Made by a program: the position numbers and the translations under genes. From Batkoa obscura (Eukaryota): a stretch of DNA of 64,000 nt. The notes below the pieces were generated by a model. That model did no database searches. It was not told the origin of the DNA and worked only from the letters and a program-made list of their open reading frames with translations. Below are positions 54,411 through 64,000 of this stretch, one piece after another. Numbering within the stretch: the stretch's first letter is position 1; each line of letters begins with the position of its first letter. Where the stretch lies: positions 310,001 through 374,000 of the forward strand of contig JASVEC010000026.1 in NCBI GenBank assembly GCA_030770535.1, given 5' to 3'.

Positions 54411-54481
54411 ATATTAATAAAGAAATAATGTAAAAAATAATAAAAAATAATGTAAAAAATTAATAAAAAATAATGTAATAA

Positions 54482-54960
54482 TGTGAAAGTTGGTACTAAG
54501 TAGTTGGAGTTAAAAGCAGTCCTTGGTTGATTAACTTGCCTTGAGTCAAACGGTCTTAGCTTATATAACTAAGATAGACTTAAATGAATAAGAATAATAC
54601 GTAATAAGCTACGAATTATGTAAAACAAATATAATAGGAAATACTACTGTAAAATCTACGTAAGACGTTGTCAGAAAGACTTAGTGACTTTATTAACAAT
54701 ACGATATCAAGGAGTAATTCAGTTAAAAAGCCTTGAGTTAGTATGTTAAAGAATCTCTTTTATACTCCAACTGGGTGGCTATATAAGGAACATTACAACA
54801 GTTATTCCTTATTATAGTTGCCAAGTATGGACATAAAAACGTGGGCAATAAGTTCTTCGTGATCAGGTGGTAGTAATTCTCACAGCAAATCTATATAAGG
54901 AACTCTGAATTGATTATTATATTATAATCAATCCTAGAGCTAATGAACCGATATTTCACA
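54482..54960 (-). mobile_element. Solo LTR, inverted and nearly identical to the 5' LTR at 45716
   Basis: Reverse complement begins tgtgaaatatcggttcattagctctagg; no clear TSD. Confidence 0.92.
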
Positions 54961-55014
54961 AAATATAAAATATTTAAAAATTAGATAAAAAAATGAAACT
55001 AATTTGGACATCCC
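54961..55014 (+). mobile_element. Degenerate Sola terminal fragment abutting the LTR, opposite orientation to copy 1
   Basis: aatatttaaaaattagataaaaaaatgaaactaatttggacatccc is approximately the reverse complement of 28396-28448. Confidence 0.8.
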
Positions 55015-55783
55015 TATATATGAACCTATATAAGAACATTATTTTATTGGTTAATGTTTATTTAGTATTACACATCAAAGCGATTTCCGCTTTTAACTAA
55101 TTCCTGTCTTTCTAAAAGCCATTACTAAATATTTTCTTGATAGTCGGTTTTATATTTATAAAGCTTTTTTAATATTTATGTTTATGCTAAGACTTTTAAT
55201 AATAATGACTTTTTATATGTTGAAACTTCAGATGATACTAAAAATTTTAAAAATTTCAAATTAGATTAGTACTAACAATATTTATTTATTTAAAAATTAA
55301 AAATAGTTATACTCAACACTTGTATTAATTTTTATTTTTCACATATTTTTTATAAAAGAAAAGTACCCTGGCTTATCAGCAAATAGACTTACTAAAAGGA
55401 TTCAAAGGGAAAAAGAAACACATGTATGTATTTACTATTTATTATGAATGTGTTTTTAGCCAAGATAGACCACTGATCTTTTTGTTGGATTTACTTTTTT
55501 TCAGGCTGTTAAACAGATAAACATGCTACTGAAAAACTTTGAAACTTTTAATTATCTTTTGATACTAAATATAATAATATTTTTAGAATTAAAAAAGATT
55601 ATAAAAGATTAATAAATTCAATAGCGTATTTGAGTCTACTACCAAACAGTAAAAACACTAAGTGAATAAAATTTTATCTTGAGTTATAGGAAATGAATAA
55701 GTATTAAAATAGATACTGTTACAGCTATTAATTAATAGTATCTTGAATTTTGGAAATAGAATAAACTAATAAAATTATTTTTA

Positions 55784-56622
55784 TTAGCGTAGATTGGACA
55801 TAAACGAGATTAAATAATAATCTATATTTTGTGCTATAGAACTTGTTACAGTATATCCATGAGGATAATAAAGTACAACTGTAAAAACTTTAGTTTTAAA
55901 CTTAAATAGCTCTGGAGTATATGTAAATTCACAGTCCTCATTAAAACCAAGTTCAACTATTTTTCTATCAACTAATTTAATATTTGTATTAACAAAGAGA
56001 TCGATTGAGCAGTTACTGTTTATAATTTTTACAGCAATCAAATCTTTACATGTTGAAAGAATAACTCCGATGAACTTTTTGCTTTTAAATAATAAAAGCC
56101 CAATTTTAAATTTAAAGCATCACAAAATAAGTTCCATCCTATTCTTTCATCAATTTATTTTATATTAATTTCTTCTTCATTATTATAATTTATCTTTGGA
56201 GCTTTGAGTTCATCTCCAAATCTAACTAGGTTAGCCCCAGAGCAACAACAAAAATGATTTGTATATCTTAAAAGTCCAGGAAAATCGGTTATCAAAGCAC
56301 TACTATCACAATCTCTTTCAAGGTGATAATCTTTATCATTATAAACGAAAGGTCGAAACATACCACTTTTGCCTTCTGTATCTGAATATTCATATATAAC
56401 ACGATAATTTTCATACCCTTTTTGTTTTTCTAAAGCTTCATAACTCATAATTTGAACTGAATTCTTTAAAAAAAAAGCACCTAAAATTTGGTCTAGTGAA
56501 TTTCCTTGTATATCACAAAAGCTTGATAAAAGTAAGCTATTTATTTCCATAAAATTAATCAAATAGTCCATAGATCCATGTAATCTTAATTGACCAGGTT
56601 TATTAAAGGCACGTATCATCAT
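55784..56622 (-). pseudogene. Orphan gene copy 2 (internal stop and frame change)
   Basis: Two ORFs colinear with copy 1; TAA where copy 1 has E in INIKEI. Confidence 0.6.
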
Positions 56623-57485
56623 TTAACTGTTAAATCAAATTGAAAGAAATTCAAAACTAATATGATTTTTTCAAATTTGGTTTATATATATAAAACTATA
56701 AGAACATTACTTTATTAGTTGATATTTAATTAGTAAATTACATAATTTAAAAAAGTTAATTAAATATTATTATATCACTTTTAGTATATTATATACTAAA
56801 AGCATAGACTGAGTTAGTTGATACTAATATTAATCACGAAAGTATAATCAGAGTATTTAAGACCATTAAATCTTTAAATCCTCTGCTTTCAGTCGAAAGT
56901 AAAACTAACTTTAATAAAGGATTTGGTTTTTTAAAAGATTGTGTTGAAGGGAGAGTTGATTAATACACTTAAAACAAATAAACTCAAAAGACTGCTAAAC
57001 CATCTCCCCTACAGGTGTTGATGAACCAAAAGATTAATTCTTCAATTTTTCTTCCCTGTTTTATATTACTTTATTTCAATAGAAGAAAAGAAAAATTCAT
57101 TCGAGAAAAATTTCGTCTTAAAAATATACATCTAAGTAGAAGTATAGCCCGAATGGGATCCAAATACCAATTTATAATATTGACGGTGAATGGTCTAAAA
57201 AACAGATGCAGTAATCAATGGCAGAAAGAAAGAAAAACAGGTTGAAAAAAGAGTTGGGTGAAGGAAAGAATAGTATGTCTAATAATTGAATCTTTATTAA
57301 TATAAAGGGTTTAGATTTGGGTTTTAGTTACAAAATGTATAAACAAATATAATAAGTAGCAATGAAGAAGACATTTAAATGAATTAGAAAATTACATATA
57401 AAATATAAATATATTATAAACCTATTTATCGCTATTTCCTACGCTAATTCCATCCTAAATTTTGAAAAATTATTAAGTAGTAAAT

Positions 57486-57584
57486 GAGGATGTTTTTTTG
57501 TGTTTAAGAATTTTACTAACAGTTTTCCCGCTCAAATAGCGCTTAAAAGATGCAAAAAGTGATAAAGCCAAAAAAAACACCCCC
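57486..57584 (-). mobile_element. MITE copy 11
   Basis: Consensus match. Confidence 0.88.
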
Positions 57585-57805
57585 ATATAATGAAATTACA
57601 CAAAATAGAAGTGGGGTTAAGCGTAGCTAAATAACAGACTAGTGATATGTAAGAAACATAAAATTTGAAAGATAATACATATATATTTTAAAAACAATGT
57701 CATAACAAAATGTTAAAAAAATAAAATAAAATAAACACTAAGCTAGTAATAATTTCATGATAAAATGATAACTTTAGTATAAAAATTCATAAATATAGTA
57801 ATTGT

Positions 57806-58918
57806 TTAAAAATAAGAAAAATGCTGAATATGTCGACTATCCTTATCGTACTGTAAATTTTGTAGATACTGTGGATAATTATATACAATTGATGCTGGTT
57901 TATCAATATTATAGCCCCAATTCATATTGTATAGGTCATTGTTTAACGAAATACCAGGATTTGTCGGGATAGGGATTAAACTGTTGTTTAATGAAATGGA
58001 ATGATTCGCCGAAGCAGAAATTAAATTATTTAATGCTATAGTTGGGGGGATTGCATATGATTCAAAATCACTAGGGTAACTTGATTTGTTAATGCTTTCT
58101 GATAATATATTAGACAAACTACCAGATAACTCAGGAAATGTATTTAAATTTTTATCAATGAGGACGCTTCTGTTATTTAGAGGAATATTAGTAGTATTAA
58201 AAGAACTCATGTTCGTACTTTTGTCATTAAGGGATGTATTAGTGTCATTGAGTGAGCTCATATTTGTGTTTTCATTGTTAAATTGAATATTATTGTTATT
58301 GAAAAAACTTGCGCTGATGCTTGCATCGCTATTATTGGTATTATTACTATGATCTGCAGTATATGGCCCACCAGTGTTATCCATTACATTATTCCCTTGT
58401 TTAAACCGAGGTATGTTCCTTTTAGGGCAAAATTTATAATTAGGAAACATTAAATTATGCTTTTTCTTTAGATCATTTGCTAGAGAATGATAGTGTTTTT
58501 TAACAGAGTCTAACTCGTTATTCCATAGTTTACCAACAATTTTAGATATCATTTGGTTATTTAACTCTGGGTTCTCTTTTTTTACTTCAATGGACTTATG
58601 CTTGCGATAAATTAAAAATGAGTTTAAAGGCCTTGGTATTTTTTCTTTGTTCATCAACCCTCTTGTTATTTCATTGTCTTTCTCCACTTGAGTATTTTTA
58701 TAGTTATTAGTATCACTGATATTAATATCATCGTTACTCAAAGCACCAGAAGGCAACAAGTAGGGCTGATAGCCATCTGGTATTAGATATACTTTATAAC
58801 CTGGAGGTTCATCTAGCTTATTCATTGTCTGTTTGACCGGGATTAACCTTCCAGGCAGTATTTTTTGCAGCTCAATACTATTTTTAGTACTATTTTTATT
58901 TTTGTACTTCCTACCCAT
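57806..58918 (-). CDS. MATA_HMG-type HMG-box transcription factor, intronless, 370 aa
   Basis: KIPRPLNSFLIYRK...ISKIVGKLWNNE...KKHNLMFPNYKFCPKR, followed by an N/S-rich tail. Confidence 0.9.
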   Translation of the reverse strand: MGRKYKNKNSTKNSIELQKILPGRLIPVKQTMNKLDEPPGYKVYLIPDGYQPYLLPSGALSNDDINISDTNNYKNTQVEKDNEITRGLMNKEKIPRPLNSFLIYRKHKSIEVKKENPELNNQMISKIVGKLWNNELDSVKKHYHSLANDLKKKHNLMFPNYKFCPKRNIPRFKQGNNVMDNTGGPYTADHSNNTNNSDASISASFFNNNNIQFNNENTNMSSLNDTNTSLNDKSTNMSSFNTTNIPLNNRSVLIDKNLNTFPELSGSLSNILSESINKSSYPSDFESYAIPPTIALNNLISASANHSISLNNSLIPIPTNPGISLNNDLYNMNWGYNIDKPASIVYNYPQYLQNLQYDKDSRHIQHFSYF

Positions 58919-60738
58919 TTAGACGTATTCGCTCTGAAATTCGTACCTAAAGAATATCTGATTAGATAAATATGCACTATAGTCATGGTTTTTTCAAATT
59001 AAGATTATAACGATGTCAAGCAAGCTTAATCCAAAAATCATATGATTGTATTTACAAGGATTATAATATACTGTATATAACAAAATAAAATGTTACTTTT
59101 ATTTTTTTAATATGTACAATAATCCAATAAAATTCTGGATTATGCTTACTTGATCACTTACTAGGATCCTGCCTCTTTGGCAGCAATTAATTATTTGTAT
59201 ATAAATATAAAATGCCCTGTAATATATCAATTATCTTGCATATATTGAAACTTACGTTTGATTTTCGTTTTTTTTTCAAAATAATTTAATAAACAAGGAA
59301 ACAATGGCAAGTTAAATATAGTTTAATATTGTTTCTTTTGTTGTTTCAATTGATTTTGATTCAATTTTTTGATTGGTCCCAAAACAGTAAATTCTGCCCT
59401 TCTTAAGCCAACAAACTAAGCATTAAAGGTTTTGTATAATCAGAACATTTTTAAATATTATATTTGTGATTTTAATGTATATATAATAATACTGTCTATA
59501 CCTAAAAATTATATATTGGTAGTTTTAAAAGCTTAGCTAAAATCAAAAATGAAAATTTCTAATTTACTTTTTTTGTCCATTTCTCATGTAGCATAATAAT
59601 TTTAAAAAAACTATCAAGCAAAACCAGACAAAAAAACGTTCTAATATGAGTAATTTCAAAATTAGGTAAAAAAGCAAAAAAAACCGTAGTATCTTGTGCT
59701 TAATTTGCAATTTTTGCCAAAAATCTAAATAGATAAAATTGAACCAAGCTTTTAAACTAACTCATATATAATTTTGGTTCATTTTTTGATTGTGTTTTCC
59801 ACCCCTTAATTTTCTCTGCGATTAAGTCTTTATTACTCTTATTTAAAACTTGATTTTTGACCCAGTTTAAACTATTTTATTACAAAGAGTTTTAATCCAT
59901 ATCTTAATACAACCACTATTGTTGGCCATTTCGCCCTTGTTTTTTTAATTAATTATAAACAGCTATTAATAACAAATTTAGAAATTAATATTTTATTTAC
60001 CTTTGATGAGATATTATAAATTAAGGCACTTTATTTTATTGAAAAATTTATATGAGCTATGTGAGTGATAGCTTAAGTAAAAATAAAGAATACTCGAACT
60101 ATAATGCTTAAACAGCAAAACATTGATTTTTATAAATAAAAAAGAAACTCTATATTTCATAAATATATAATAAAAGCGAAAATGCCACCACAAGCAATGT
60201 TGAATAATGATCCGATTACTATTTGAATTTACTTTTATATCGATTCTGGAATTAAATACATAATACGAAATGTTACTTTAACATATCAATACCATATATT
60301 AACCATTGTTCAGTATCGGTTTGTCTTCTCAAACATGAAGTATTAATTCAAAAGAGTATTTTTGTTTTTAAATATCAAATATCAACCAACATTTGATCTT
60401 CATTTTAGCTCTAGACTATCACAATTAGCTTATCTTACTTTTTATAAACCTTAAAACCTTATAAAAATTTAAGATTGTATAACTAAAAAACATAGAAAAA
60501 GATATAAAAGTGACAGGATGAGAAAAAAGGCTATAATAAGGGATTTAAGTATCATTTAGATTAGTTTTATTTGATATTTAATCTTTTATTGCCTCTTTGA
60601 CAGTCACAATGGTCACAACACCAACAATATATCAAATACTATGTTTACATGTTTCAATTATTAAACATTGAGTTAATATAGGCCAGTATATATGCCATTT
60701 TATTGCATATTTGCCACATCTACTTGATTCGAATATTT

Positions 60739-60833
60739 AGGGATGTATTTTTTGTTTAAGGATTTCACTAACAATCTTTCCGCTCAAATAGCGCTAAAAA
60801 ATGGAAAAAATAATGAAACCAAAAAACACCCCC
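60739..60833 (-). mobile_element. MITE copy 12
   Basis: Consensus match flanked by attt/attt. Confidence 0.88.
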
Positions 60834-61743
60834 ATTTGGATTCTAAACCAGGGCTTTCTTTGACCTAAAATGCTTTAGCCAAATGGCTATAGCCATCATA
60901 AAGGCCATTACTATAATCGCAACAATGTTCACACGCTTATCCACTTTATTTATTTATTACTCATATAGGTAATTCCAAAATTCATCTTATGGTAATCACA
61001 TTATTTATGATATTATCAATAAATTGTAATTTCATACCTTATTTTTATTATATTTTGATCCTAATAGCTAGGGTTTTAAAGGATAAACTTCTAAATGAAA
61101 TAAAAAGAAGTAAAAGGATGATATCATTTTGGATGAAATCAAAGAAATTTTCCGGCTTTATCGTATTTAAACAATATTAGAATGTAGTTAGAGCTAGGGG
61201 TGTTGATTGAAATTCCGGATGTCTTTTTTGGCCAAGTGGCCTGTCCATTTTTACGTAGCTTAAAAATTATAAAAATAATCAAACGAATAAAACTGCTATT
61301 GCTCTTTTGTAACCTATTAATACAGCTTATTTAAGAGAAAAATTAGATTAGAAGTTGGCAAAAATATACGGACCAGGCTTCAAAATTATCAGTTATGCTA
61401 ATATAAGGTATTTTCTAAAATAAGCAGATTTTTCGAGCTAAAATTGACTTGAAAGTCATTAACTGCAACAGCAAATATTTTTAATACCTAAAGTAAGTTA
61501 ATTTTTCTGTAAACAAGTTGAGCTATAATAATTCTATACCTTTACGAGAACGGATCTACCCAAAAAGTCAGATTACTTTAGAAAATACCTCACAATTTAA
61601 TTACTGAACTTACCATCAAAAAAGTTTCAAAAAAGTTGTGACAGCTGTATCAAAATAAAAAAAGCATTCCTCACTTCTTACCATTAAATGATACTAAAGA
61701 ATTTTTTTATGTACTCTTAAAAGCTTAAAAGGAAAAAAAAATT

Positions 61744-61840
61744 GGGGATGTATTTTTTTGTTTAAGAATTTTACTAACAATTTTTCCATTCAAATAGCGC
61801 TTAAAAGATGGAAAAAGTGATAAAGCCACAAAACACCCCC
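61744..61840 (-). mobile_element. MITE copy 13
   Basis: Consensus match. Confidence 0.88.
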
Positions 61841-63198
61841 ATTTAATAAATTAGTAAATAAATTTGAAAAAATTGTTATTAGCAGTATAATGTATAAATG
61901 ACTCTTGTACGATATCAAGCTTATAATTAAAATAACAGTCACTACTTTGTTAAAATAGACCATAAATAAATTGGCTGAAAATTGTACATAAATATAAGCA
62001 TGATAAAAAAACCTTTTAAAATGATTGTTTATTAAACTATATTGCATATATCGACTTAGTGAGCTTTGTGGGAGTATTCAAAACCTGCTTAATTGTCAAA
62101 TAAAGTCAAAAAAGTAGTAGTATTAACATCAAACTTGAACTGTTTAAAATCAAAGTAATAAGAAATAATTTATTGTAAAATAATTCTTATATACAATACA
62201 AGAAGCCATGTTAAGTTTCATGACCTTTCAAAAAATAATCATGCTGCCTGTTAAATGGCACTTAATTTATTAAACGTTAACTAAAAATGTTATCTTATTG
62301 TCTTTTCAAAATAATTCATTATTAAGTTTTCGAAATACTATCTCACCATTAAGTATTTAATCAAATTCTTTGATCAATAAATATATAACTTTATTTAACA
62401 TTGATTAATGATTTATGTAAATTACTTAATAATACAAGTATTGCAAATTATCAACATTATTAAGTTAAAGAATACTAAAGTAACTATTTAAAAAATGATA
62501 GAAAGTTGGGATTATTATTTTCGCTAATGTTGTTGCTCTATGAGTTAATTTGTGAAAATATACAAATTTACTTATGATTTAATTAATAGAATTCAAGTTA
62601 AAATCGCTATTGAAGCTTTTATAATAGTAATTCTCCTTAAAGATTAAACTTAAATAAATAAAATAAAACTATAAATGTGTTATTAATAATTTTCAAACCA
62701 TGTAATAAACTAAACTAGAATAGACATATATATATTGTAGGTAATTTGCAGAAATAATATTGAATAACTTTTGTTTTTATGAACTATTTATATCTAAAAT
62801 CATTTTTGACTTTTTGTATAATAAAAAAACCAATGCTATGAAATTAACCTTTCAAAAATTAATATCACAAGGATAGGATATTAATAGACATATTGCATCA
62901 CTTAAATTACATAAAGATATAACAACCTATCCATTTTGAATTAGCAGTTGAGCAGAAAAGGTAGTCCAAAAATCTAATTAACTGAAAAAAAGCAAAAAAA
63001 AAAGTGGAGGCACGTTCAAAAAAGAACTTGGATAACTGAAAGGATTAATATAAAATTAATAAAAAACCAAGAATGTAAGGTAACGTAAAAACAGTTAAAA
63101 TGAAAAGCAAGGAAAATAAAACTGACGTTGGATAGCAATACATAAATAAATATATTTAAGAAATAAAAGACATTTTTTTAATATTATTTTTTAAAAAT

Positions 63199-64000
63199 AT
63201 GATGATAAAATTTTTTGTACCCTTATTACTTTTACTTAAATATACCTTTGGAAAAGCTGACATAGCTGATTCTGTGTTAGCTGATTTAGATAGTAAAGAA
63301 TGGGTAGAATATTTGGTACAATTGGAGCCACATCCAGAAATTAAAAAGGATGCTAGCGGTAATGTAGAAATAAATCAATTACAACGACATGCTCAAAAGT
63401 CCCAAACCGAGTTGATGCAAAAACTTCAAGCTGCTCAAGAAAGTGGAGAAGTAAAGTATTATAAATCCTATTATATTACCAACACTATTGCTGTAAGCAG
63501 TAAAAAGAATATGATTAATGAGATTGAGCAATTAGATAATGTAGAAGAAATTTCTAGTAATAGAAAATTTTTAGTGAAAGGAAGCAATAGCAATGTCAAC
63601 AATGAAGCTATTGTATTAAATGAAGTAAATTGGACTGGCGATACATCCCATTGGAGTATAGATTACATCAATGCTTCAAATATAAGTAGCAGCGCTAGAA
63701 GGAATGCCGCTGGATTGAGATATGCCAATGCTGACACTGGCGTACAATATGACCATCCTGCCTTAGTAAGCAACTATTTAGGCGCTTTATCGGATGGAAC
63801 ATTTGATCATAATTATTTTTGGTGGGACGCAAATAAGAAAGCCAATAGCAGTCGCCCTAATTCAAAATGTGGAATCAATTCCCCTATTCCTTGTGGAGAT
63901 GATGATCATGGCACTCATACTATGTCAACAGTTGTAGGCTCACTTAATTTAGGGATTTCTCCTACCACTAAATGGATGGCTTGCAAGAATATGGATAACA
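63199..64000 (+). CDS. Secreted S8 subtilase, bacillopeptidase-F-like (partial, runs off window)
   Basis: Not in the ORF track. Open from ATG 63199: signal peptide MMIKFFVPLLLLL, prodomain, ANADTGVQYDHPAL (Asp), HGTHTMST (His) and KWMACK. Confidence 0.9.
   Translation, partial: MMIKFFVPLLLLLKYTFGKADIADSVLADLDSKEWVEYLVQLEPHPEIKKDASGNVEINQLQRHAQKSQTELMQKLQAAQESGEVKYYKSYYITNTIAVSSKKNMINEIEQLDNVEEISSNRKFLVKGSNSNVNNEAIVLNEVNWTGDTSHWSIDYINASNISSSARRNAAGLRYANADTGVQYDHPALVSNYLGALSDGTFDHNYFWWDANKKANSSRPNSKCGINSPIPCGDDDHGTHTMSTVVGSLNLGISPTTKWMACKNMDN

Noticed and set aside
54415..54481. (aataatgtaaa)-type short repeats
   Set aside because: Low-complexity slippage between TE ends; no evidence of function.
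59030..59340. AACAAT/ATTGT HMG-binding motifs upstream of the HMG gene
   Set aside because: Expected by chance at this AT content.

Overview
AT-rich eukaryotic DNA with short (~45-55 nt) introns. The gene content points to a fungus, probably an early-diverging lineage (inference only). Housekeeping genes: Nas6/gankyrin-like, URA2, Sgf11-like, SAC1, HSP60, mitochondrial uL13, CWC22, dephospho-CoA kinase and tRNA-Glu(TTC). Accessory genes: an inverted pair of 7TM GPCR-like genes with mosaic identity plus a third decayed copy, a MATA-type HMG-box gene, a bacillopeptidase-F-like subtilase (runs off the window end) and several pseudogenes. The most striking structure is an interlocked mobile-element system. 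An intact Sola2-like DDD transposon (22-bp TIRs, 4-bp TSD) sits in a GPCR intron, and 13 ~100-bp MITEs share its terminal motif. A Ty3/Gypsy family with a degenerate dUTPase-like domain and a -1 frameshift signal has LTRs that lie repeatedly inside Sola sequence. One solo LTR is carried by both Sola copies, and one chimeric provirus appears to have deleted the left part of the second Sola copy. All calls come from reading and translating by eye; no searches were run.
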